DNA of 64,000 nucleotides from Hypanus sabinus (taxonomy: Eukaryota): NCBI RefSeq assembly GCF_030144855.1, contig NC_082723.1, positions 57,288,001 through 57,352,000 of the forward strand, read 5' to 3'. The position numbers were made by a program, and so were the translations under genes. The notes under the pieces were generated by a model. That model was not told where the DNA came from and made no database searches. It saw only the letters and a list, made by a program, of their open reading frames with translations. How positions within the stretch are numbered: the stretch's first letter is position 1; each line of letters opens with the position of its first letter. Shown piece by piece: positions 13,145 to 27,450 of this stretch.

Positions 13145-14853
13145 GTGAACTTTGCATCATGCTTCGCTGTGTGCCAGAGGACTGTGTCAGGGAGCAGGAG
13201 TGAGTGCCATTGTTATTACAAAGGAAAATTGCTAGGCAAACTGAAAGGTCTTAAGGTGGATGAGTCACCTGGACCAGATGGACTACAGCCCAGAGTTCTG
13301 AAAGAGGTTGCTGAAGAGATAGCAGTTGCATTAGTCATGACCTTTCAAGAATCACTTGATTTTAGCATGGTTCTGAAGGACTGGAATATTACAAATGTCA
13401 CTCCACTTTTTAAGGAGGAAGGAAGGCAAAAGTAAAAAAAAATATAGACCAGTTAGCCTAACCTCAGTGGTTGGGAAAGTGTTGAGTTCATTATTTAGGA
13501 TCAAGTTTCAGGGTACCAGGAGACTAATGATAAAATAAGTCAAAGTTAGCATGGTTTCTATAGAGGGAAATCTTGCTACACAAGGCTGCCTAACAAGATA
13601 AGATCCAATGGCGTTATAGGAAAGATACTGGCATGGATAGAGGAATGGCTAACAGACAGCAGGCAGCGAGCGGGAATAAAGGGGGCCTTTTCTGGTGACT
13701 ATTGGTGTTCCTCAATGGTCAGTATTGGAACTGCTACTTTTCACACTGTTTGTCAATGATTTAGATAATGGAATCACAAACAAGAGAAAATCTGCAGAAG
13801 CTGGAAATCCAAGCAACACACACAAAATGCTGGAGGAACTCAACAAGCCAGTCAGAATCAATGGAAAAAAGTACAGTCCACCTTTCAGGCCGAAACGCTT
13901 TGGCAAATAATGAAATGATGGCTTTGTGGCAAAGTTAGCAGATGATACGAAGATAGGTGGAGGGGTAGGTAGTGCTGACCAAGCAATGCAATTGCAGAGG
14001 ATTTAAGCAAATTGGAAGAATGGGCAAAAGTGTCAGATGGAATACAGTGTTAGAAAATGTATGATGCATTTTGGTAAAAGGAACAATAGTGCAGACAATT
14101 GTCTAACTGGAGTGAAAATTCAAACATCAGAGGTGCAAAGGGACTTGGGAGTCCTCGTGTAAGTCTTCCAGTTTAATTTACAATTTGCATCTGTGGTAAA
14201 GGCAGCAAATGCAATGCTGCCATTCATTTCAAGGGGAATAGAATATGAAAGCAAGGAGATAATGCCGAGTCTTTGTAAGACTCTGGTCAGGCCAGACTAC
14301 GGGTATTATCAACAGTCTTGGGTCCTATATCTCAGAAAGGATGGGTTGTCTTTGGAAAGAATCCAGAGGAAGTTCATGAGGATAATTATAGGAAAGAAGG
14401 GGTTAACATAAGAGAAGCATTTGGCAGCTTTGGGTCTGTACTCACTGGAATTTAGAAGAATGCAGGGGTATCTCATTGAAACCTACCAAATGTTGAAAGG
14501 ACTAGACAGGGTGGATGTGGAGAGGGTGTCTCCTATGGCGGGAGTATCCAGAACTACAGTGCACAGCTTCAAAATTGAAGGACAACCCTTAAGAACAGAG
14601 GAAAGGAGGGATTTTTTTAGCTAGTGAGTGTTGAATCCGTGGAATGCTCTGCCACAGACCGCGGGAGGCCAAGTCCGTGGGTATATTTAAAGCTAAAATT
14701 GATAGTTTTCTGATTGGTCAGGACATCAAAGGTTATGGTGATAAACAGGTATACGGGGTTGAATGAGATCCGGGATCAGCCAAAATGAAATAGTGGAGCA
14801 GACTCAATGGGCCAGATAGCCTAATTCTGCTCCTATGTTTTATGGCCTTATGG
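13145..14853 (+). mobile_element. Second CR1 LINE fragment with 3' end
   Basis: SPGPDGLQPRVLKE, GVPQWSVL..VNDLD and GLYSLEFRRM; 3' tail cctaattctgctcctatgttttatggccttatgg. Confidence 0.9.
13775..13908 (-). repeat. Penelope terminal-repeat fragment inserted in CR1
   Basis: tctgcagaagctggaaatccaagcaacacacacaaaatgctggaggaactc interrupts the CR1 RT at VNDLDNG. Confidence 0.8.
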
Positions 14854-17800
14854 AAACACCAGCTGCAGGTCATTCAATTCAATGCAACATCCTAAGGACA
14901 AAGCAAGGCTACTCAGAATGAAATGAGGACATATTTCCTCACGCAAAAAGGAAATTGGAATATTCCTACGTCTAAAATAGACTTTGTACCAACTGCATAA
15001 AAGCTGTATCTGCAAATCTTAGACTCACCCCTATATATCCATCATGGTGCAAAGTTCACGGGTCATAACTTAGCTGTAAAAAAATAAACTCAAGGCGGCA
15101 ATTGAGTTTATTTACATTTTGCAGAAACTGTCAATACAATACTTACTTCATCAAAGTGGTCTAGGTGAATAGAGTTCAGTTCAGGGACATAAAGAAACAC
15201 AGGGGAGAAGTAATTTACAAAATATTGGGAAGTACAGCTGAGCAGGTTCTGCTAGAAGTATTAATTAGTTCCATGTTATTTTGAGAACTGGGAGAGTTCT
15301 GAAGAACATTCATGCTGTGACAAGTACTTGGCTGCATTTTATTCCATTGAATTGCCAAAAGGGAATGTAAAATTGAGCTCCAATTTCTGAAATTTCGTTA
15401 ATGAAAGCAGTCCTCAATACTCTGTATCCCACAATGATTTCTTTAAAACTAAAGCACTAACCTAAACAGCAATGGTGTTACTATTTCACATCTCAAAAGA
15501 GTTGTCTTAAGAATCCTCCAGGTAAGATTAATGGATTGAAAATGGCTAAAAGCACCTTTGCTTAATTTTAGTGCCAACTCAGACTCAGCATTTTTGTTTC
15601 AGTGTCACTAAATGAAGATTCAAGCTGCCCACAACTGATGCTTCAGATAAAGTGCATGCAAGTTGCTCTCTTACCGAGTCACCTGCATTCCAAGAACACA
15701 GGCTCACACTCACTGCAGTTTGGTTGTCCAGGTACTGAGAATTCAAGTCACACTCTAGAGAACACAGAGCACAGATTTTAGAGCTATATACTATACAGTA
15801 TCACAAATTTCAAGATCTGTCCCATAACTAACTGACTTCTTTCCGAGGGCAGTTAAGCATCAAGTGCTTTGAGGGTCCAAGTCTGGACAAGTAAGGATGC
15901 CCGATCTCCCTAACACCACAGCTGGAATGGAGAGATGTTTATACAATAATAACTGTATTTTGAAGGCCACAGTCAAGATTCTTAATTCTAGACTTAATTT
16001 AATATCCACAATGGGATTTAATACCTCTGGAATAAGAAAATTCAACCTCAGTCATGTGAGACTGGGGTGTGGAATTGTTATCTTTCTTGCAGTTTTACCT
16101 TATATTTTTATATAACCACCCACATACGTGTTAATGTTCAGAGCTTTCCGGTTAATTAGTGTACAGTTGCTTCTGAATTTTTCCAGAAACTTTTAAGTTT
16201 TCAGTAGCGGGTGTCTGGCCACTTCAGTCTGGGTTAATTGTTGAACAGTCAGAGTACAAGATTTCTTTTTTTCTCTGTTCTCTCAGTTCCTCCTTTGTTC
16301 ATTCATCAATCCTGCAACACTTAATAAAACTACTTAGCAATAAGCTTTCTGCCTCATTCTGGACTTCCAAAGAACCTCTAGATTGCAAAAGCATCAGGAT
16401 CCAGTGGTAGCTTAGCCACGTGCCCTCAACCTCTCCCATTTCTGATCTTGTCATGTTTAGCTGACTCCTATTACTGGATAAGCAGTAATTTCCTATTAGC
16501 ACATACAGTGAAGACCAGGCTTATATAAGACCATATGCATTTACTGGCATAGCTGACAAAGGCCAGCTTCAAGCATCATCAGCAAAACTGCTCAGCTACA
16601 TTTGAGACCCTTGTCTACATCGGAGTCCTCCCTGAGTGTTTTTCTGAAGCTGAAATCACGCAAGCTAGTGGGGAATATTTCATACTGACTTGTACGTAGC
16701 ACATTTGAGGTTTCAGGAGTTCAGTGACTCGTCACAGATTACCATTCTCTGCTCTTTTAGCCTTGGCATTTGTGTGGCTGGTCAAGGTGAAACTCTAACC
16801 AGTGGTAATTCCCAGAAAGTTGATGATGGGGTTTCACCAAAGTTGATGCCACTGGACATCAGCGATGGTGGGCTCAATTGCCTCTTGATGGAATTGATCA
16901 ATACATATCTTCATAGCATAAACATCAGCTGTCACCTTTCAGCCCTTGACTTAATGTTGTCTTTAGTTTACTTCATGCAGGCATCAACTATTTCATTTGG
17001 TAACAGAATAATTGGAATTAAATATTGTACAAACAGCAAATCTCTCCATTGCTGACCTTATGATGGAAGAAAGCCATTAATTAAGCATGAGAAAATGGTT
17101 AGGCTGCAACTCCCAAAAATATAAAACACTGCAGCAATAAGCAAATAACCTTTTTTTAAATGTGGCAATCCTCAGTTACAACACTCATATAGATTCAGCA
17201 CACTATCAACACTATTAAGAAGCAGTGTAAATAAAGTAGGAGATTTCAAGCCTGCCTTCAATAGCAGTTTACAAGCAACTCAGGGAAATGGTGAAGGATT
17301 TAGTTTTCTAACTGCCTGTGAGGAGAGTGATTGTTCTCCACCTTTCATCAAGTTCAAGTCTATTCTGATTCTGATTTCCTGTACACAAGTGTAAGGAGAA
17401 TGAACAAATTCTTACTGTGGATTTGATGCAACACAAGAAAAAATGCAAAAGAACAATAATAATACTAAAAAGCGCATAATAAGTGTAAATACACAGGATA
17501 CCTTATATACATAGATTGATTGTATATTCATAAAGTGATGCTACGCTGTACATACAGTGACTGATAGGCAACAATAAAGTCATGGTGGAGATGGTGGGTG
17601 GAGGTGTTAATCAGCCTTACTGTTTGGAATCAAACTACTGTGCTTCTGTAGAATGACATGTGTATGAATGTGCTCTGGGTCCATGAGAGGTTTTGCGTGC
17701 TGTACACTCTCAGGAGTTTGAAACTGTTTGCAGTTTCCACTGCTGTGCAGCTGATGTAAAGGGGGTTCTGATTAACATGTTAATTTGCTTTTAAATCAGA

Positions 17801-20008
17801 AAATTAAATTTTACATAGAATATCAGGCAGTATCTTTGGGTTAATGATCCTTTATCATACTCAAGTGAATTAGAGGTGAACAAATCTTAGAAAGCAGGAA
17901 CAGAAGACAGGAGAAAAAAGTAGCAGGTAGAATACAGAAGGATATGACCGGAATGGGATTGTGTATGACAAACATAGGTAAAACTGATCTAAGAACCTAA
18001 AAGTAGATTTATGGAGGCAAATCCAGTATTCATTCTCTGAAATTATTTTATGGTGCTGTTTCCAGAAAGCCATAATGAGCTAATCTGACAATGAAAATGA
18101 ACACGACCCTCATCTTTTAACCAAGTAGATTACAACTTCTGTTTTTAACACAATAACTCCATGATGATCCAGCACTCTTGGGACCTTTGTGGTACCAGAC
18201 CAATAGATTTCCCAGATCAGTCCTATTAATATGCTTTTATTTTCACTTTTAAAATATGTAGTATGCTAAGTTTTCCAGTAAACCTGGCAAATTTAAAGGG
18301 ATTGAGAAATAGAGAAGAACTCCAGAGTCTAACTACACGAGTTGCCTGACCCCAGCACAAGCTCTAACCGTGACTGCTTTGCAGATCTCTGGTCTGGCCA
18401 CCTATCCCATCTGCATTCTGAACTCCCAGCTCACATGAGGCAGAGACCAAACCATCTGGATTTCCAAGCAATCAGATATTACATTTGAGTCTAATACCAA
18501 GTTCAATAGCCAGATAGTGATTCTGCTACTCATTTATACCTCCTCTCCATCTCGCTGCTTTAGTTGTCCCACTGCCACCCTCTTTTGCCTTGCCACATCA
18601 TCCTTGTCATCCAAGCACTGATCTCTCCTCCACGGTTCCATACCGTTGCTTGGAGGAACAGACACTGGAAGATGACACAGCACACAGTCTGCTGAAGGAA
18701 CCCAGCAGGCCCAGCGGCATTTGCAGAGAAAGAAATTGTCAGTCCTCACGAAAGGTTTTGACCCAACAATTCCTTTTCCCTCACAGATGCTGCCAGAGCT
18801 CCCCCAGCAGATTCTTTGTTCCTTCCTACCATTTCCCCTACTGCGAAAAAACTTGTTACATTTCAGATTTGTTCTAGTTATAATTAAAGGTTATCAACTT
18901 TAAACATTTGTAATTATAGTTCATTTCCATAGATGTTGCACAACTTGAGTACTTGCAAACATTTTTGACCTTTACTTCACATCTCTGGCATCAGCAACAT
19001 CTATTTTAATCTTGCTATGTACTTTTCACACATTCCAGTAATGCGACACATCCTATTTTAATAATATCCCACTAACCCCAAAATAATTAGCAATACACAT
19101 CCTTGCAGGGTGAAAACCAGACAATTTTGATTGACACTCAATGGTAACATCAAGTTTGGGGCGGGACAAACAAAACTGAAATCAGTCTCTCATGTAAAGT
19201 CTACAATACGGGAGATTCAACTCGTGCTTTAAACCAGCTACTCTCACCTGTTGATGATTGACAAGAGTCAACTCCAATCAAAATCCAGACAATGAATAGC
19301 TATGCTAACCAGACAAAAATCTGCCAATGCACAAGTAACTTTGCTCACAAGTACTGAACAGGATAATTCACAACCTTTCCAGGTGAATCATTTTATTACT
19401 CGCTGTGTGATCCAAACAAGTTACCGTTTATCAGGAGATATCAGATCACAAATTATCAGCATGTTCACATCTGTAATAAATGAAAGATACAGTAGTGAAA
19501 CTAATGAAGAAGATGCAACCAGTCTAAAGTTAAATCAAATTTACTAAGTCTGCTATACCAATAGGAAAATCATGATAGGTTCAGAATTCTGTTTCACAAT
19601 CTCACGCTTCACATCATAGAAAGCCAGACCCTTGCATCAGTCTGAATAATCTCTACTACTACTCACATGTAGAAATAATACATTCCCTTGGGAGTCACAA
19701 ATGGGAATATCATATATACCAGTACGACCCTCACACGAGATCCAGAATTCTTGCCCAGAAAAAGGCGTTCTTCATTCTGCACCTGACCTGCTCTGCAGTT
19801 ACAACGTGTCCATGGTAACTATCCTTGAATCTGTGGGACTTGTGCAAAAACACAATGCATCATTTCCTTTGTCCCACCAAGAATTTAAAGAAATAGTACT
19901 GTTTTTGAGATCCTCCAAAAGCTCCTGCAGAGTGAAGTTTCAAAAACACCAGCATCCATATTCTCTGCACAAAGAATCTGAGAGAGTAGAACCTACAAAA
20001 ATCAGACA

Positions 20009-20489
20009 CACTCTGTGGCCACTTTATGAGCTATACCTCCTCATTACAGCAAACATCGAAATCAGCAAATCATGTGATAGCAACAAAATGCATAAAAGCA
20101 TGTAAACATGGTCAAGATGTTCTGTTGTTATTCAGATCAAACATCAGAATGGGAAAGCAATGTGATCTAAGTGACTTTGATCGTAGAATGATTGATGGTG
20201 CCAGACGGGGTGGTTTGAGTTATCTAATCTCCTGGGATTTTCACACACAAGTCTCCAGTGTTTTCAGAGAATGGTGCAAAAAAAAAAGAAAAAAGTTCAC
20301 TGCAGCAATTCTGTAGGTGAAAGCACCTTGTTAATGAGAGGTCAGAGGAGAATGGCCAGAATGGTTCAGCTGACAGTAATGTGTTACAACAATGGTGTGC
20401 AGAAGAGCATCTCTGAATGCACAACACATCAAACCTTGAGGACCACACCAGGTTTACAACCCTGTACATGATAAAGTGGCCACTGAGTG
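20009..20489 (+). mobile_element. Tc1-like internally deleted element
   Basis: TIRs CACTCTGTGGCCACTTTAT / ATAAAGTGGCCACTGAGTG; N-terminal transposase remnant MGKQCDLSDFDRRMIDGARRGG. Confidence 0.85.
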
Positions 20490-20602
20490 TGGATTGTAGG
20501 TTTTCGTTTACAGAAACAAAAGTATTTCCAATCTTGCAGTGTAATGTATCTAGCAATTTATTGAACAACCGAGATTTACTATCTCCATTTCTGTATGTAA
20601 CA

Positions 20603-21010
20603 CAATAGAACCACAGTACATTAAAGCACAGAAACAGGCCTTATGGCCCTTCTTGGCTGTGCCCAACCATTTTTCTGCCTAGTCCCACTGACCTGCACCT
20701 GGCCCATATCCCCCCATACACCTCTCATCCATGTACCTGTCCAAGTTTTTCTTAAATGTTAAAAGTGATCCTGCATTTACAACTTCATCTGGCAGCTCAT
20801 TCCACACTCTACACTCCCTGTGTGAAGAAGCCCCCCCCCCCCATGTTCCCTTTAAACTTTTCCCCCTTCACCCTTAACCCATGTCCTCTGGTTTTTTTTC
20901 TCTCCTAGCCTCAGTGGAAAAAGCCTGCTTGCATTCACTCTATCTATACCCATCATAATTTTATATACCTCTGTCAAATTTCCCCTCATTCTTCTACGCT
21001 CCAGGGAATA
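20603..21010 (-). mobile_element. CR1 3' end
   Basis: Reverse-complement CR1 3'UTR and tail (tagaaccacag..gcacagaaacaggcc) plus RT C-terminus. Confidence 0.75.
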
Positions 21011-22124
21011 ATTTCAGTCTATTACTACCAAACCTGTCTGAACCATTTATAGCCCAGCGCAATGCATTAATCTTTCCCCAAAATATCGACAACTCCCTCC
21101 CTCGCCCCCATCATCACAGAATTCCTCCAGCATATTGCTCAAGATTGACCAAATCGTTAAGCGAGCGCTGATCAATTCCGGTGTCAAAGGTTATAGCCAG
21201 AAGGCAAGAAGGTGGGGTTAAGAGGAATAATATATCAGCCATGATCGAATTGCAAAGCAGCTCAATGGGCCAAATGGCCTATTTTGCTCTCATAACTGAT
21301 GCCAATGGATTTGTGTTTATTTTACACCACTGCTGCTCTCAGATGATTCTGACAGACTCTAGAAAATCCAACTGATTACAGAGCTCAGAATGAGGGATCA
21401 GACTTCTAATCAAGAAATTCTTTCCACTGAACAAAAATATATGCTGGGACAAGAATAACATTTATCACCTTGTACAGTGGGCTTGTGTATTCAATTGAAA
21501 ATTAAAGCTGTCAAAAGCCCTGGATTGCATCTACTCCTAAGTCTCGCAGGAATTCAAAGATGAAAAGTAAGCTTTCATGAAAAGTACTAATATAGTTCCA
21601 ATTCAAATAAGATTGCAGTTTACAAAATGACCAAAGCTGATAAACAATAATGCTGAATAATTGGGAAGATTTTAAAACAGCTTTTAGAATGCAGTAAAAA
21701 CATTTCACAAAGAGAACACCCGAGAATTTATGGATAAGGCAAGAGAACAACTCAGGATCAGAAGAGACACATACTGTAGCAAGAAGAAGTATGTGAACCT
21801 TTTGCAATTACCTGATCTACACTGGTCTCAACTCCTCTTCTGTGTCAGTTCCTCAAACTTTCCAATATTTATCTTTAAGTATACCTTATGAACTGCCCTC
21901 CACCATATCTAGATTTCAGAGATACACAACCAAGAGATTATGAGAGGAATACATTTGCAAGACAAAGGGAAAATAAGAAATCATCAGGGACTAAATAGTG
22001 AAGAATTGTATAAATGTCAGTTGAAGGATGGAATAGCAATAAGACAATTAAGAGATAGAAGAATGCCAAAGATTTTCAGGAAATATTGAATGATTAATTT
22101 TGCTTCAATACTTAGAAGTAAGAT

Positions 22125-22888
22125 AAAACAAGTGGATTATAACATGGTAAATGGTAGGGCATTAAGGAATGCAGTAGAACAGAGTGATCTAGGAATAATG
22201 ATGCATAGTTCCCTGAAAGTGGAATTTCATGTGGATAGGGTAGTGAAGAAAGCTTTTGGTATGCTGGCCTTTATAAATCAGAGCATTCAGTATAGGAGTT
22301 GGGATGTAATGTTAAAATTGTACAAGGCATTGGTGAAGCCAAAATTGGAGTATTGTGTACAGTTCTGGTCACCAAATTATAGGAAAGATGTCAACAAAAT
22401 AGAGAGAGAGGGGAGATTTACTAGAATGTTACCTGGGTTTCAGCACCTAAGTTACAGAGAAAGGTTGAACAAGTTAGGTCTTTATTCTTTGGAGCATAGA
22501 AGGTTGAGGGTGGAATTGATAGAGGTACTTAAAATTATGAGGAATATAGATAGAGTTGACGTGGAAAGGCTTTTTCCATTGAGAGTCGGGGAGATTCAAA
22601 CAAGAGGACATGAGTTGAGAGTTAAGGGGCAAAGGTTTAGGGGTAACACGAGGGGTAACTTCTTTACTCAGAGAGTGGTAGCTGTGTGGAACGAACTTCC
22701 AGTAGAATTGGTAGAGGCAGGTTTGGTATTGTCATTTTAAGTAAAATTGGATGGGTATATGGACAGGATAGGAATAGAGGGTTATGGGCTGAGTGCAGGT
22801 AGGTGGGACTAGGTGACGGTAAGCGTTCGGCATGAACTAGAAGGGCCGAGATGGCCTGTTTCTGCGCTGTAATTGTTATATGGTTATT
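22125..22888 (+). mobile_element. CR1 LINE 3' fragment (relatively young)
   Basis: Open 216-aa ORF with LYKALVKPKLEYCVQFWSP and FFTQRVVAVWNELP; tail ttgttatatggttat. Confidence 0.92.
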
Positions 22889-23994
22889 TGAGATGTTTTT
22901 AGTAACAGAAAGAGATACAGTAAATAAACAAACTCATACCAGAAAGCAATCCAAGCAGATTGCTTCTACACATCTTAAAAGAACCCAATTGATAGTGGAG
23001 ACATCACTACACATTTAATAATTTGTTATAGAAGGGTATTGAACCAGACGACAAGCAGATAGTTAATACAATACCTAAAATAAGGGGAATAGAACTCGCC
23101 TCAGGAATTACAGGCTAGTTGGTATTAAAACAAAAACAAGATACAGGATCAGAATAAGACCATTTGGCCCATTGAGTCTGCTCCACCACTTCATCATGGC
23201 TGATCCACTTTCCCACTCAGTCCCGTTCTCCTACGAGGCCACGAGGAGCAGAAAGATAATGAAACCGCCCTCAAAGGGGAGGATAGAAGAACTTCTATTC
23301 AGCAGAACATTAATGAACAATGGAATTCTCTGACCAAATTTGGTAACGTTGAGGAGGAAATACAGCACATACACACGATGCAATTTATTTTAATTTTCAA
23401 AAGTCCCCACACAACAATCATAACTACTAAGCCCTGAGATTGCAGTGAAATGGAGCAAGCAGCTGAATAGATTGCTAGCTCACATATGGACAGAAAGCAG
23501 TGTGGAAGCAAAGCTCTTCACAATGCTGGGTAATGGTGTTTTAAGGGAATCATCACCGGGACTCCAGCACTTTAACAATGTACATTCAAGTGTTGGAACC
23601 AAAAGCCCAACTACTAAATTTGCAGTTGAAACCAAATTTGGGATGGGGGTCGGGAGAACAGTGAACACTGAAAAAGAAAATTATACAGAACAACATCAAA
23701 ACTACAGAACAGGGAAACAAGCAAAATTCAGTGCAAATAAATTCAAGGGGATGCTTTTTGGTAGAAAAAAAGGCAAGATGTGAGATCACAAGTGCAAGTT
23801 CTACATGGGGTAAACATAGAAAACATACAGCACAATACAGGCCCTTCGGCCCACAAGGTTGTGCTGAACATGTCCTTACCCTAGAAGGAAATCAAAAAGA
23901 TGCTGAAGCACCAGAAGATGCCAGACAGGTTAGTAAGATTAAAAGTAATCAAACAAACTTGGAGTTATTGTGCTAAACCTGCACAGAATACCAG

Positions 23995-24125
23995 GCACAA
24001 TGCTTTACAGTACCAGTGACTCGGGTTCAATTCCCGCCTCTACCTGTAAGGAGTTTACACATTCTCCTCGTGATTGCGTTGGTTAGCTCCAAGTGGTCTG
24101 GTTCCCTCCCACTTTCCAGCTGACA
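23995..24125 (+). mobile_element. V-SINE 5' part
   Basis: gactcgggttcaattcccgcc (B-box-like) followed by the V-domain. Confidence 0.7.
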
Positions 24126-24821
24126 GCCCAGGTAAATGCAAGAGGCCAGCAAACAGACAATGCGAGGGGTGAAGCCCTTCGATGTAGATGAGTGAAAAGA
24201 AGAGATCTGAATACACAAACACAAGCCTGGGCTGGCTGGACCACACAGCCCGATTCCATCCCACATTCCCTGTGTAATCTTATATATCTGCTAAGCAGCT
24301 CCAAATTATGACTAGCTTCCTAGTAAAATCAGCCATTCACCAGTTTAAGATCAAAATAACCCTCAGAGTGAGAATACTACTGCCTGTGTGACAAAGAGAG
24401 AGTTATTTTTGGGACCAGTGGTTCGCTGATCATAGTGAACCAATATGACATGTACAATCCATCCTGTGGGCGATTTCATATAAACCACAGGCTTTAAGTT
24501 TCCAGTCTGCTGTGGGAGATTCCATTGCCTCTTGACAGCCAAAAAGCACCCAGAGACCATGGGATTTTCATGACAGCACAAAACCACAAGTCGGTAGATT
24601 GTGAAGTTGGGAAATAAATATGCACTGGAGGAGACATTTAAAGAGGCAACCACAGAATTGAATTTAACCCAAATGTTCGTCCAAAACCAAGTACAACAGA
24701 AGAGGAATTGCATAATTCGCCTGGGACAAATGCACAAAGAAATATTTGGCAATCTTCCCTGCCTTGACATGTAAATTCATCTTGCATATAGACAAGTATT
24801 CACCTGAAATCGGATGCCTAC

Positions 24822-27152
24822 CTTCTTTCTGGTGGAGCCACTCTTAGATAAACAGGATTTCTCCAACGACAGGTAGCCTCCTATCACCTGAATATCTTCA
24901 GCAGCTGGGTAACGTTTCTTTAATGATGCCCCCAGTTTGGCAAGTTCCTCAGTTGGCTGCTTGTCAGGAGAGATCTCACTTGTGTGGGCAGGAGCTTCTT
25001 GGCTACTGTTTGCTGGCTTTCGCTGAGGGACAACAGTGAAGGTATTTCCACTCTTCCGTTGCATAAAGGGGGGGTGTAGCCCACCAAAGGATTCACTGGG
25101 AGACTTGTCCTTTTTTACAGATGGCTTTTCGATGGCTGATTGTTTCGAGGTTTCTTCCGTAAGTAAAATATCATCTATGTTAGTGACAGGGAGGTCACCT
25201 TTTCTGATCAGTACTACAGCAGATTCAGCATCCTGCTCTGCGTCTGACAACTCGGTGGGCAATATGCTTGATGTTTCTTCACTCGATGAAAGCTGGGCAT
25301 TCATGTGCCTGGAATACACATCATAACTACCTTTTGATGTAGGTTTACTCAAGGTCTCTTTCATCTCAAAATCTGCTCTGGAAAGAGGAGATTCTTCATC
25401 AGACAGGTCCTCTTTCCTTTGATCGTTTTCCTCTGGCTCGCCTGAACTTCTGTCTGTTTGAATCACAGTGGGCGCAGAAGCATTAACATCAGGTTTTGGC
25501 TTTTCATCAGATTTATTGCTCACTTCCCTGGAATCACAAACATTCCTGGATGCCACAGGGGTGTCCGTTCTTTTCTTTGGAATCACAACAAATGAGTTCT
25601 TGGATTGCTTTTTAAGATTTGCCAGCGCTCTTGCTTGGATATCATCCTCTGGAATGGACGCAGCATCTGGCGGAGTGGCAGGAACGATCTCAAAGGTGTT
25701 GTTGAGACTGGTGGAAGCAGACACACCATTGCATAGGTTTGGAGTGACTTTGGCTGCACCCTCCACTTTCCCCAGAGGAGTGGGATCCACAGGCAGAGGG
25801 GCACAATGAACCTCAGCCGCAGTGAGTGAGGGTGCTTCAGGGCTCGATTTGGGAGATTTTCCAGAATCCATTTCATACTTTGGCCCCCATTTATCAGTTC
25901 CTTTGGAGACTTCCACACCAGATGCTTTAAGAGGAGTGGGCACCTGGCAATTCCCAACATCACTTGCGTTTGACGGATATTGGTGTGCTATCTCCCCATC
26001 CTTCACTGAGTTCACATGGTTCCTCACAAAATCAACTTCGGGAAGACCATTCTCTATTACCTTACTTCCCTTGCTGGTGCAATCTTTCAAACCATTCTCG
26101 TTACTCCTCTGTGAAGGGGATTTCCAAGGGTGCAAATCCTTCTGCCATCCATCAGTGTGCAAACCTTCAAACTGCTTACGATAAGACGACACAGAGTAAG
26201 GTCTATCTTCAGAAAGGCTGGTACCTTGATCCTTCAAGGCAACACGGGGAAGGGAAGACGTAGCGCCTGGAGACACGGAGGAAGGGTGTCTTATGGGGGA
26301 CGACAACGGGAGTGTTTTGGAATGAGAGGGAGACACGCTGCTCACGACAGGACCGGGTGATCGCCCAGCCTCCGAGAGCGAGCTGCCCCAGGATCTAGAC
26401 TGGGCATCCGACCGTGCTGAACCGTAGTTGTGTTTAGAGAGGACTAAAGGTTTTGGCATCACGGGTGGCTTGCTCCGTCCGTCCTTGGCGGAGAATCCGT
26501 CCAGCAGATTCTCCGTGCTCCTCGACCGGGCTGGCTTCACGTAGTTTTGGTCAAACTTCTCCAGCAAGCGGCTGACTTTGCCGTGCAGGTGCCCCGAGCC
26601 GGCCTCCTCGGTGGTCAGGGTGCTCAGATTCTCCTCGCTGCGGCTCAGCGGCGCCTCGTAGACGAACACTTCGTCGGCTCGGATCTCGGTCACACCGGCC
26701 TCGCCGTCCCGCGGCAACAGCTCGCTCAAGCTGCCGACACGCGGCGAGTCGGCGTGCCTGGGGCTGGCCTCGGAGAAGTAGTCGGGGTCGGACTCGATGA
26801 TGATGATGTTGTCGGCCCGGATGGTGCGGACGCCCGGGATGTGGCTGTACAGCCCCAGGAGCCGCGGCACCGAGCGGCCTGAGGTCGGGGCCGCGCCGCC
26901 ACCTGGCTCACGGTCCCCCTGCCGCCGCTGCCGCCTCTCCCGCTTGATGAACGGGTTTTCCTGGACCGGAGCGATGCTCTCCAACAGCACGGAGCCGCCG
27001 TCCTCCGCCTGCTCCAGCAGTGGCTTCGACCCTTGGCTGGCGCCCGGGCTCTGCGCCCAGCCGCTGGCAGCTGAGGTTCGGGCTCGGTCCGCCGCCTGCT
27101 TAGCCTTCCGTCGCTCCAGAATCTCCCTCTTCCATGCCGGCATTCTAGCCAT
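24822..27152 (-). CDS. TPRN: Taperin, first coding exon (about 777 codons); later exons not found in the window
   Basis: Taperin/phostensin motifs PAWKREILERRKAK, ENPF, PGVRTIRADNIIIIES, SGNTFTVVPQRKP and KKRYPAAEDIQVIGGYLSLEKSCL. Strong Kozak GCCATGG at 27152 (an alternative in-frame ATG lies at 27215). Phase-0 donor AAG|GTAGGC at 24822/24821. Lies next to TMEM203 as in human. Confidence 0.93.
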
Positions 27153-27450
27153 GGCTTGGGCGTCCGGAACCGGCTCCTGGGCGCGGCGCGGCAGCCTCTG
27201 CTCGCTCAGCGACATCCCGACCCACCGACCGACAGCTCCGCGCTGACTGACTAGCCAGCCCGGAACCTCTGACTCCGGCTCCCCCTTCCTCCACCGTCCC
27301 GCCGGCCACCGCGCCCCGGCCCGACACGCCCCCGTCTCCGTGGCGACCACAAACACAATCACCGGAGTAGCTCCGCTGCGCCACCTGCCGGGAGCGGCCG
27401 ACAAATCCAGCCCGGAGACGACTAAGTTTCCAACCTCGTGAAGGCCAACC
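26250..27450. promoter_or_regulatory. CpG island over TPRN promoter and 5' part of exon 1
   Basis: Sharp rise in GC and CpG density against an AT-rich, CpG-depleted background. Confidence 0.85.

Noticed and set aside
24015-24045. tRNA gene (GGTTCAATTCC B-box)
   Set aside because: It is the tRNA-derived head of a V-SINE; no cloverleaf.
25036-27246. Several + strand ORFs of 76-149 aa
   Set aside because: Antisense shadows of the TPRN exon.
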